From: Planctomycetota bacterium
Lineage (GTDB): Bacteria > Planctomycetota > UBA1135 > UBA2386
Direction of reading: 5' to 3'
Length of the DNA stretch: 64,000 nt
Assembly (NCBI GenBank): GCA_046290465.1
Contig: JBKAGP010000001.1
Coordinates: 1,056,001 to 1,120,000, forward strand
Shown here: positions 47,671-56,095 of the stretch, in pieces
Layout: each line of letters starts with the position of its first letter
Numbering within the stretch: the first letter of the stretch is position 1
Program-made: the position numbers and the translations under genes
The notes under the pieces: generated by a model
Told to the model about the DNA's origin: nothing
The model's database searches: none
What the model saw: only the letters and a program-made list of their open reading frames with translations

Positions 47671-48786
47671 ATGAACGACGCGACGCTTGGCCGGGTGGCG
47701 ACAAGCCTGAGCCTCTGCCTCCTGATGTCCTGGTCGCCGTGCTGCACCGGACCGCAGAGACCTGCTTCCCCCCGCAGCTACGCCGACCACGAATCGGTGC
47801 GCTGCGCCTACCAGGACCGGCAGCAACGCATCTGGTTCGGCACCAACCACGAGGGCGTCTGGTGCTGGGACGGGCAGGACTTCACCCGCTACTCCCGCCA
47901 GGACGGTCTGCCAAGCGACCACATCAGCGCGATCACCGAGGACGACGTCGGCAACCTCTGGTTCGCGACGACGCGGGGCCTGAGCCGCTACGACGGCGAG
48001 CGCTTCGAATCGGTGGCGATCCCCTGGGACGGCAACGAGGATCTCTGGGGGCCCGGCCTCAACGCCAACGTCGTGCTCTGCCTGCTGTGCGATCGACGTG
48101 GCGACGTCTGGTTCGGAACCTGGGGCAACGGCGCGCATCGCTTCGACCCGTCGCGGCCGCGCGACGACGGCAGCTACACGTTCTCGAGCTTTCTGCAGGA
48201 TCGCGGCTCCACCTACGGAGAGGGAGAACACCGCAACGCCATCCAGAGCATCGTCGAGGACCATGACGGCAACGTCTGGCTGACGTCGATGAGCCATGGC
48301 GGCGTGTCGCGCTACCGCGACGGCTCGTTCGAACACTTCGGAATCGAGCAGGGACTCGGCGACGACATGGTGTTCTCGGCGCACGTCGACCGGCGCGGTT
48401 CGCTCTGGTTCGGCATGCTCGGCAACGACGGCGTGGCGGTGGCCCACTACGACGGCCAACGGTTCGAACGCTACTCCGTCGCCGACGGGCTCGGCAGCAA
48501 CAACGTGGTCGCCATCACCGAGCTGCGCGACGGCAGTATCTGGTTCGGCAGCCACCGCAGCGCACTGAGCCGCCTGCGGCGAAGCGGCGCCGCACCCGAC
48601 GACGGCAGACGGATCGAACCGGTCCGCATCGACGGGCGCACGTTCGAACGGATCCACTTCGTCTTCGAGGACGAGTCGGGCGCTGTCTGGTTCGGTGGCC
48701 ACCGCGGCCAGCTGTTCTGCCTGCGCGATGGCGAACGGACCGACCACACGCAGAAGCGGGGATCGGGTCGCCGGACGAAAGCGTGA
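47671..48786 (+). CDS. Two-component-regulator propeller (Reg_prop) repeat protein
   Basis: Repeated DGL....I..I.ED..G.LWF.T motifs. Confidence 0.85.
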   Translation: MNDATLGRVATSLSLCLLMSWSPCCTGPQRPASPRSYADHESVRCAYQDRQQRIWFGTNHEGVWCWDGQDFTRYSRQDGLPSDHISAITEDDVGNLWFATTRGLSRYDGERFESVAIPWDGNEDLWGPGLNANVVLCLLCDRRGDVWFGTWGNGAHRFDPSRPRDDGSYTFSSFLQDRGSTYGEGEHRNAIQSIVEDHDGNVWLTSMSHGGVSRYRDGSFEHFGIEQGLGDDMVFSAHVDRRGSLWFGMLGNDGVAVAHYDGQRFERYSVADGLGSNNVVAITELRDGSIWFGSHRSALSRLRRSGAAPDDGRRIEPVRIDGRTFERIHFVFEDESGAVWFGGHRGQLFCLRDGERTDHTQKRGSGRRTKA

Positions 48787-48877
48787 CATCCCGTGGCGCA
48801 CATTCACCGCTTCGCGCGCCACCGACGACGGCCGCAGTCGTAATGTGCGGCCTCCTGCCCCCTGACACCGACATGAC

Positions 48878-49729
48878 ATGCGAAACACGATCCTCACGAC
48901 CCTCACGCTTCTGAGCACCGCAGTTGCCCAGGAGAGCAGTTGGCTCACCGACTTCGAAGCGGCCAAGGCCGCCGCCAAGAAGGAGCAGAAGGTGATCCTC
49001 GCCGACTTCACCGGCAGCGACTGGTGCGGCTGGTGCATCAAGCTGAAGGAAGAGGTCTTCAGCAAGCCCGAGTTCCAGAAGTGGGCCGACAAGAACGTCG
49101 TGCTGCTCGAGCTCGACTTCCCGCGCAAGACCGAGCTGCCCGCCGACCTCAAGAAGCAGAACGAGGCGCTGCGCAAGGAATACGGCGTGCGCGGCTACCC
49201 GACGGTGCTGTTCCTCGACGCCGAAGGCAAGCAGGTCGGCAAGAGCGGCTACGTGCGCGGCGGACCCAAGGCCTGGATCAAGAAGGCCGAAGAGCAGATC
49301 GGCGCGGCCGCCCGCGGCCACGACGCCTGGCTGACCGACTACGAGGACGCGCTGAAGCGCGCCAAGAAGGAGCGCAAGCTGGTGCTGGCCGACTTCACCG
49401 GCAGCGACTGGTGCGGCTGGTGCATCAAGCTGAAGGACGAGGTCTTCAGCAAGCAGGAGTGGCAGGAATGGGCGGCGGACCGCTTCATCCTGCTCGAGCT
49501 CGACTTCCCTCGCCGCAAGCCGCAGAGCGACGAGCTGAAGAAGCAGAACGCCGGCCTGCGCGACAAGCACGGCGTGCGCGGCTACCCGACGGTGCTGTTC
49601 CTCGACGCCAAGGGCAAGAAGGTCGGCAAGAGCGGCTACGTGCGCGGCGGACCGGAGGCCTGGATCAAGGCCGTCGAGAAGGAGCTCGGCTCCAAGCTGA
49701 AGAAGCGCAAGAAGCGCAAGAGCAAGTGA
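48878..49729 (+). CDS. Exported tandem thioredoxin-fold protein with two WCGWC domains
   Basis: Two near-identical FTGSDWCGWCIKL...GYPT domains. Signal peptide TAVA|Q. Basic tail. Confidence 0.9.
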   Translation: MRNTILTTLTLLSTAVAQESSWLTDFEAAKAAAKKEQKVILADFTGSDWCGWCIKLKEEVFSKPEFQKWADKNVVLLELDFPRKTELPADLKKQNEALRKEYGVRGYPTVLFLDAEGKQVGKSGYVRGGPKAWIKKAEEQIGAAARGHDAWLTDYEDALKRAKKERKLVLADFTGSDWCGWCIKLKDEVFSKQEWQEWAADRFILLELDFPRRKPQSDELKKQNAGLRDKHGVRGYPTVLFLDAKGKKVGKSGYVRGGPEAWIKAVEKELGSKLKKRKKRKSK

Positions 49730-49735
49730 TCCGAG

Positions 49736-49763
49736 CGCCCGGCGGCCAGACGGTCGCCGGGCG
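49736..49763. terminator. GC-rich hairpin between convergent genes
   Basis: cgcccggcg...cgccgggcg stem without a U-tract. Confidence 0.35.
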
Positions 49764-49771
49764 GTGCACCA

Positions 49772-50113
49772 TCACGTCACCTTGCGAACGAACTCGGACT
49801 TGAGCCCCATCGGTCCGATGCCGTCGATCTTGCAGTCGATGTCGTGGTCGCCGTCGACCAGCCGGATGTTGCGCACCTTGGTGCCGACCTTGACGGTCGC
49901 ACCCGCGCCCTTGACCTTGAGGTCCTTGACCACTGTCACGGTGTCGCCGTCCTGCAGCACGTTGCCGTTGGCATCGCGGACCAGCGCCGCCTCTCTCGCC
50001 GCCTGGGCGTCCGCCTCGCTCCACTCGTGGGCACACTCGGGACAGGTGTAGAGTTGTCGATCCAGGTAGGTGTAGGTCGACGAACACCTCGGGCACGGCG
50101 GCACTTCGCTCAT
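49772..50113 (-). CDS. yjdM: Zinc-ribbon protein of the YjdM/PhnA family
   Basis: CP.C.S.YTY...[17 protein letters not shown]...KDLKVKG and [11 protein letters not shown]...LKSEFV motifs. Confidence 0.93.
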   Translation of the reverse strand: MSEVPPCPRCSSTYTYLDRQLYTCPECAHEWSEADAQAAREAALVRDANGNVLQDGDTVTVVKDLKVKGAGATVKVGTKVRNIRLVDGDHDIDCKIDGIGPMGLKSEFVRKVT

Positions 50114-50171
50114 GCATCGAGTCTAGGCGGTCGCCGCACGCTTCGACCAGCGCGATCGCGGCCGTGCGGGC

Positions 50172-50759
50172 CTACGTCGAGCGCGGCGTCAGCCGTACGG
50201 CGAGGCGCGCCAACGCGCGGTGCAGCAGCATCCGGGTCGCGCCCGGAGACCTGCCGATCTCGGCGGCGATCTGTTCGTGGCCGAGCCCGAGGATCTTGGC
50301 CAGCGCGATGACCTGCACGTACTCGGCCGGCATCGCGTCGAACGCGCGCTCGAGCGCGTCGACCTCCTCGCGGGCGATCGCGGCGCGCGACGGCGACAGC
50401 AACGACGTGTAGCCGCTGAAGTACTCGACGCTGGTCCGGCACGGCCGTTCGCGCTGGATATCCCGACGCTGGCTGCGCCAGTGACGGCCGCGATCGCGCA
50501 GCTTGTTCTGCGCGGCCAGGAACAGCCACTTCTTGAACGCGCGTTCGCCCCGATACTCGAAGTCGTCGAGGTCCTGCAGCACCTCGCGGCAGACCGACTG
50601 CACCAGGTCCTCCCCGTCCTCGCGGCCAAGCAAGGCACAGCCGGCGCGCAGCCGCACGAACGCGTGCAGCTCCGGGAGGAAGCGGACCAACAGCGCGTCG
50701 AGCGCCGCCCGATCACCGGCCGAGACGTTCGCGACCAGCCGCCCGGTGTCGTCGCTCAT
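50172..50759 (-). CDS. ECF sigma factor
   Basis: DLVQSV, F..WL and IA..IGRS.GA.RMLL.RAL motifs. Confidence 0.88.
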   Translation of the reverse strand: MSDDTGRLVANVSAGDRAALDALLVRFLPELHAFVRLRAGCALLGREDGEDLVQSVCREVLQDLDDFEYRGERAFKKWLFLAAQNKLRDRGRHWRSQRRDIQRERPCRTSVEYFSGYTSLLSPSRAAIAREEVDALERAFDAMPAEYVQVIALAKILGLGHEQIAAEIGRSPGATRMLLHRALARLAVRLTPRST

Positions 50760-50802
50760 CGCAGGTCCTGCGGTCGGTGGTCGAAGAGTGGCCGGCGCCG
50801 CG

Positions 50803-52203
50803 CTACCAGATCCGGACCCCCGCGACGTTGCGCAGTTCGAGCGCGCCCGCCGAGACGATCATGCCCTGACAGAACACCCCATAGCCGACCAGCGAACCGT
50901 TGGCCGGGATCGGCAGCGTGATGGTCGCGCTACCGACCCCCTGGGCGGTCGTGATCAGCTGGGTGTCGTCGATCTGCAGCAGACCCGACGCGTTGGGCGA
51001 AGGCACTGCGAGCGGCAGCATCGCCGCCGAGAAGCCGATCACCCACAGCTGGTTGCTCTGCACCTCGAGGTCGACGCTGCCACCGAGCCCGGACACGCCG
51101 ACGCTCGCGACCGAGAAGTCGCTGTTCGAGGTCGCATCGAACGGCGCGGTCTTGTTCTGGATCTCGACGAAGTTGCTCTCGCCGTCGCCGTCGGCGTCCC
51201 CGATCGGCGCGGTGACCATCGCGTAGTGGAACGGCGTCTTGGCGGCGTCATGGCTGCCGATGCCCGACGCCCCGCCGAGCTCGAGGTCCGTGACGACCTC
51301 GACGAGCCCGGTCTGCGGGTCCAGGCGGCGCACCTGGCAGGCGGGACCGATGCCGGAGAACGTCAGCCGCTGCACGGCCACGATCCGCCCCTGGGTGTCC
51401 ACGGACAGGCCGTTGACATGCGGAGCGAAGCCATAGGTGTTCCGCACGGTGCCGTTGGCGGGATCGATCCGGTAGAGATCGCCGGACGTGTAGTCGCCGA
51501 CCCAGATGTCGCCGGCGGCGTCGTAGACGGGCCCGATGCCCCCTACCGCGTTGCTCGGCAGCGGGTAGCTGTGCAGTTCGACGCCGTTCTCGTCGAGCTC
51601 GAGCAGAGGGCCCACGTCACACGTCACCCAGATGTGGCTCTGTGCCAGCACGCCGCGGAAGTCGGCGATCGGCCGGACCGGGTTGGCCGCCGACAGCGCG
51701 TGGTTGGTGATCACGCCGGCCGCGTCGATGCACGTGATCGAACCCTGCACGTTGCGGTGCACGATCCACTTGTTGCCCAGCGCGTCGATCGTGATCCCGA
51801 GCGGGTTGGGCTGGGCCAGCGCATATGCCTGCACTAGGTTGCCCGCGCTGTCGAAGTGGCTGACGCCACCCCCGCCCGAGACCCAGGCGTCGCCCTGCGC
51901 ATCGAAGGCGATGTCGAACGGAGTGCCGACCGGAGAGGTCGCCGTCGTCAACGTGCCGGTCGCCGGATCCAGGATCTCGAAGTCCGGCTGGCCTTGCACG
52001 ACGACCCACACCTTGCCGTCGGGGGCGAGGTGGCAGCCGCGCGCGCCGACCCCGAGGTCGATGCGCCGCAGCACGCCGCCCCACGGGGCGACCTCCATCA
52101 GGTCCTTCGAAGCCGTATTGGCGACCCAGAAGCCGCGTTCCTGGGCGAGGGCGGTGGCGGCGACGACGAGCAGCGAACAGGCGGCGGACAACAGGCGAGA
52201 CAT
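50803..52203 (-). CDS. Secreted Vgb/NHL-like beta-propeller protein with a Cys-less CTD variant
   Basis: Signal peptide TALA|Q. P..IA.D..G..WV repeats. DADGDGESN. Ends LPIPANGSLVG..VFCQ. Confidence 0.8.
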   Translation of the reverse strand: MSRLLSAACSLLVVAATALAQERGFWVANTASKDLMEVAPWGGVLRRIDLGVGARGCHLAPDGKVWVVVQGQPDFEILDPATGTLTTATSPVGTPFDIAFDAQGDAWVSGGGGVSHFDSAGNLVQAYALAQPNPLGITIDALGNKWIVHRNVQGSITCIDAAGVITNHALSAANPVRPIADFRGVLAQSHIWVTCDVGPLLELDENGVELHSYPLPSNAVGGIGPVYDAAGDIWVGDYTSGDLYRIDPANGTVRNTYGFAPHVNGLSVDTQGRIVAVQRLTFSGIGPACQVRRLDPQTGLVEVVTDLELGGASGIGSHDAAKTPFHYAMVTAPIGDADGDGESNFVEIQNKTAPFDATSNSDFSVASVGVSGLGGSVDLEVQSNQLWVIGFSAAMLPLAVPSPNASGLLQIDDTQLITTAQGVGSATITLPIPANGSLVGYGVFCQGMIVSAGALELRNVAGVRIW

Positions 52204-52497
52204 GAAACCCTTGGTGGCGGAGCTTTGGATGAGAGGCCGCGCTGCCGGCATCGGGAGAGCGACGCGCCTCGGCAGCTGGCTGCCCCGAACCAGCGGTCCT
52301 CGCGCCGATGTGTCACGGTGCAATCCCGATTTCTTCGGGCGGCCATCGGCCGTGGCTGCGCCGGCGATCGCGTCACGCAGCCGTAGCAACGTGTCGCACC
52401 CGCGGCACACCTCGCCGGCACGGCCGGCGACAACGTCGGTTGCGCGCCTGAGGATCGCGGCCGGCCGGCGCGCGCCGCGGCGTGCACCGGCCGGTTC

Positions 52498-52512
52498 CGG
52501 CACGCAGGTTGC
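52498..52512 (+). promoter_or_regulatory. sigma54 -24/-12 promoter
   Basis: CGGCACGCAGGTTGC, 15 nt before the receiver-gene ATG. Confidence 0.55.
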
Positions 52513-52527
52513 TTTGCGAAGCCTCAC

Positions 52528-52917
52528 ATGCCGACCTCCCACCACTCCGACGGGGCCTCGCCGCTGCGGGTGCTGCTCGTCGAGGACGAGCCGTCGATCG
52601 CGATCACGCTGCGCGACGACCTGGCCGAACACGGCTACCAGGTCACGCTCGAACGCGACGGCCACGCGGCGCGCGAACGGCTGTGCGAGCAGCGCTTCGA
52701 CGCCGCGATCAGCGACTGGCGGCTGCCGGGCGCGAGCGGACTCGATGTGCTGCACGATGCCCGGCGGCACGCGCCCGACATGCCGCTGCTGCTGATGACC
52801 GCACACACAACGCGCCGCTGCGGCGACCAGCTGCACGCGCTCGGCGCCGCCCTGCTGGTCAAACCGTTCGCCAACGGCGCGGTCGTTGCGTGGCTACGCC
52901 GTCACGCCGGCCGTTGA
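52528..52917 (+). CDS. Single-domain response regulator receiver
   Basis: VLLVEDE, SDWRLPG, MTA and KPF motifs. Confidence 0.88.
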   Translation: MPTSHHSDGASPLRVLLVEDEPSIAITLRDDLAEHGYQVTLERDGHAARERLCEQRFDAAISDWRLPGASGLDVLHDARRHAPDMPLLLMTAHTTRRCGDQLHALGAALLVKPFANGAVVAWLRRHAGR

Positions 52918-52969
52918 CCGAAGAAGGTCGCATGGCGGAGCCATGCGGCGACCCCATACGCTCTGGATC

Positions 52970-53425
52970 ATGCACACCGTTGCCATCGCCTCCGTCCTCG
53001 CCCTCACCCTGCTGTTCGCCGGCTGCCAGTCGACCGACTGCTGCAGCGCACCGGCGGCCGCCGTCGCCGAAGTCGCCGCCGCCAACGCCGACGTGACCCG
53101 CCTGTCGCTGCACTGCCGGCAGGACGACGGCTCGGTCCAGTGCTGCGCCAGCACCGATGCGGCGCGCGTCGGCACCGCATCGGCACCGGAGGACCTGCGC
53201 GTGATGGCAGCCGGCGAGACCGTCGTGCTCGACGAGGACGGCGCCTTCGACGTCACGGTGCCGTTGCTCGAGACCGACGGCAAGTGGACCACGGTCTGCG
53301 GCGTCACCGTGCGCGGCGACGGCATCAGCCGCGAGCAGGCCATCGCGCGGGCCAACGAGGTCGCCGCCGCGGTCGGCACAGCGCTCGGCGGCACCTGCTG
53401 CAACGGCGGCGCGTGCTGCAAGTAG
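52970..53425 (+). CDS. Small Cys-rich lipoprotein
   Basis: Lipobox FAGC. Four CC pairs. Confidence 0.7.
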   Translation: MHTVAIASVLALTLLFAGCQSTDCCSAPAAAVAEVAAANADVTRLSLHCRQDDGSVQCCASTDAARVGTASAPEDLRVMAAGETVVLDEDGAFDVTVPLLETDGKWTTVCGVTVRGDGISREQAIARANEVAAAVGTALGGTCCNGGACCK

Positions 53426-53460
53426 CCGCCGGCGATCCCCGGCCGTTCCGGGCCGGCTAG

Positions 53461-54684
53461 CTAGTCGATGCCGAGCCTCTCGCGCAGCGCGTCCGGGATC
53501 GCGTCCTTGTGCACGCCCCAGCTGAGCGTCTTGTACTGCACGAACGCCTTCGACGCGAAGAAGTGGCCGTCGAACTTGTTGTAGTCGCCCCACGAGTTCT
53601 TGACGCGGAAGTAGGGCGTGCCGTTCTGGTCCTTGGCGAGGCCGGTGATCACCATGCCGTGGTCGTCGGTGGTCTCGTAGTTGTCGAACGCCAGCTGGCG
53701 CATCTCCTGCGTGATCGCCTTCTCCGGCATCGGCCGCGCGAAGCTGTACAGCAGCCGGTCGCGCTCGGCCTTGTCCATCTTCTCCCACTTCAGGCGCTCG
53801 GAGCCGGCCATCTCGGCGATGTCGTTCTGCGGCACGACCGCGACGCCGTGCTTGCTGGCGAAGCCCTTCTCGCTGACGTCGCTCGCCCAGACCACCGAGT
53901 AGCCGTTCTTGACCGAGTGCTCGATCATCTCGGTCATCGCCGCCAGCGGCACGTTCCAGTAGCGCGTCCAGGTCCAGTTGTCCGGCACCTCGAGCACGAA
54001 CGGCTGGTAGAACGGATGGTGCGTGAACGAGCTGAAGAACACGTAGTCGGCGGGGTTCACGCCGACGACCTGATCGGCGAACGAGCGCGGCGTATAGCTG
54101 CGCCCCTTCCACTCGAACGACGCCGGCACCGGTCCCAGGTAGGCGTCGAGGATGCCTTGGAAGCCGCGGAACCACGCCGTCGACAGCTTGCGGTTCTTGT
54201 TCTTGATGACGCCGTCGAGGTAGGCCTTCAGCACCTCGTCGAGTTCGCCGTGAGTGTGCACGTCGGTGCCGTAGTCGAGCCCCTGGTAGGCGCTCTCCGG
54301 CATCGCACCGTACTTGGCGAGCACGTCGAACGTGTCGTTGACGGCGCCGCCGCCGCCGAAGTTGCACGAGCCGTGCATGCGCACGTAGCGGCGGGCCTTC
54401 TCCTCGTAGCTCATCCGCACCACGAACATCTCCGACAGGTTCACCGGCGGCTTGCCCATGCGCAGCATCTCGGCCTCGACCATGCCACCCGATGCGTAGC
54501 TCCAGCAGGTGCCGGCGCGCTGCTGGTTGGCGACCGGCGTCGCCAGCGTGTCGTGCTCCACCGTGAAGCGGTAGCCGGCTGGCTGGTCGGCCTGCTGGCC
54601 GGTCTGCTGCGCGACGGCCGTGGAGAAGGTCAGGGGAGCGAGCAGCAGGCAGCTCACGAACAGCTTGGTCGGGATCTCTCTCAT
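53461..54684 (-). CDS. Exported papain-family C1B aminopeptidase C
   Basis: QQRAGTCWSY, DDHGM and VKNSWG motifs. Signal peptide TAVA|Q. Confidence 0.92.
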   Translation of the reverse strand: MREIPTKLFVSCLLLAPLTFSTAVAQQTGQQADQPAGYRFTVEHDTLATPVANQQRAGTCWSYASGGMVEAEMLRMGKPPVNLSEMFVVRMSYEEKARRYVRMHGSCNFGGGGAVNDTFDVLAKYGAMPESAYQGLDYGTDVHTHGELDEVLKAYLDGVIKNKNRKLSTAWFRGFQGILDAYLGPVPASFEWKGRSYTPRSFADQVVGVNPADYVFFSSFTHHPFYQPFVLEVPDNWTWTRYWNVPLAAMTEMIEHSVKNGYSVVWASDVSEKGFASKHGVAVVPQNDIAEMAGSERLKWEKMDKAERDRLLYSFARPMPEKAITQEMRQLAFDNYETTDDHGMVITGLAKDQNGTPYFRVKNSWGDYNKFDGHFFASKAFVQYKTLSWGVHKDAIPDALRERLGID

Positions 54685-54842
54685 GGTGCGATCCGGCCTC
54701 GTCGCCGGCGCGTTCGTCGGAAGGGGTCTGGCGCGGGCCGCAGGGGCTCGCGGTTCGGTTGGCACGGCCCCGAGTACACGCGCCACCCACGCCCCGTGCA
54801 AGCCCAATGCCGCTGCGAACCCACCGCAGCCCGCCGCCCGCC

Positions 54843-56054
54843 TCAGCGTCGGCCGTGGCGCCGCATGTAGTCGCGCATGCCGTCGTCGAGCTCGGTCTGC
54901 GGCACCTGGCCGAACAGCAGCAGAGCCGCCTCGATCATGCCGTGCCCCATCGCCGGCAGCATGCGCTCGTTGATCTCGAACAGGATCACGTCGTTGTCGA
55001 GCAACTCCTGGCGCAGGTCCCCGCTGGCCTGCCACGCCTTTGCGCGCTTCGGCTGCTTCTTACCGTCGATGTAGTCGTGCCGCGTGTAGAGGTAGTAGAG
55101 GTAGGACAACGGCACCGCGATGTCGTGCTGGCTCAGCATGTCCATCAATCCCCAGCCGAAGCTGGTGCCCTCGGCGAGGATCCGCAGCGGCCGGCCGGTG
55201 TCGCCGTCGCGAACCTCGATGCGCGGGATCGGGGTCGGCTCGAAGTAGCGCAGTTCGTCGAACACGTTGGCCATCGCCGCGAGGTCGTTCTCCATGCCTT
55301 GCGGTCGCTCGCTGTAGCCGTCGACGTGGATCGTGCACGACCGCGCCGGCACGCCCTCGGCGCGCAGCCGATCGAGCAGCAGGCGCGCCGTCTCGGCGCT
55401 CGCATAGGCCGACCAGTGGGCACCACCGCGCGCGAACAGCGGAAACGTGCGCCCTTCCTGCCGCCACTGCCGGAACCGCGACGGCCCGTCGATCCACGCC
55501 ACCCCCGACTCGCGCAAGAACGGCGCCACGAACTCGTAGTAGGTCGGCAGCGTGGTGTCGCGCACGACCGCTTGCTGGTCCGCCGGCAGATGCTCGGCGA
55601 ACAGCCGCGTCTTGCTCGGCGACACGACCAGCATCACCTGCACGCCGTGCTCGGCCAGCAGCGCCTGCATGCGGCTCAGGTTGCGCACACGCAGCAGCAG
55701 CGCCTTCTGCTTCTCGTCGACCGCGAGGTCGCAGCCGGGCAGGTAGTCGCCGGCGAACAGCCACCCGTCCGAGCCGCGCACGACCGGCCGTCGGGTCTCG
55801 CCGAACAGCCATTCGCGCAGCTGGTTGTCGACGCGGATCATCCAACCGCGCAGGCCGAGGTGGCTCTCGAACCAACCGCCCATCGCCGCCGGCAGCCGGC
55901 CGTCGTGCCAGGCCGCGACCGAGGCCTCGAGCGGCGGCGGCGGGTCCTCGACGCCGCCCAGCTTGCGCTCCGGCACCAGGCCGGTCAGCGTCTGCAGCAG
56001 CGGCAGGCTCAGCACGCCGACGAAGGCGATCGAATGCAAAAGGCGGCGCTTCAT
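54843..56054 (-). CDS. AlgJ/AlgX-like SGNH O-acetyltransferase
   Basis: GSDGWLF, PSK, GAHWS, GTSF and E..ER motifs. N-terminal anchor. Confidence 0.82.
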   Translation of the reverse strand: MKRRLLHSIAFVGVLSLPLLQTLTGLVPERKLGGVEDPPPPLEASVAAWHDGRLPAAMGGWFESHLGLRGWMIRVDNQLREWLFGETRRPVVRGSDGWLFAGDYLPGCDLAVDEKQKALLLRVRNLSRMQALLAEHGVQVMLVVSPSKTRLFAEHLPADQQAVVRDTTLPTYYEFVAPFLRESGVAWIDGPSRFRQWRQEGRTFPLFARGGAHWSAYASAETARLLLDRLRAEGVPARSCTIHVDGYSERPQGMENDLAAMANVFDELRYFEPTPIPRIEVRDGDTGRPLRILAEGTSFGWGLMDMLSQHDIAVPLSYLYYLYTRHDYIDGKKQPKRAKAWQASGDLRQELLDNDVILFEINERMLPAMGHGMIEAALLLFGQVPQTELDDGMRDYMRRHGRR

Positions 56055-56095
56055 GTCGCGGCAGTTCGAAGACCAATCTAGGGTTGCTCGCCCTC

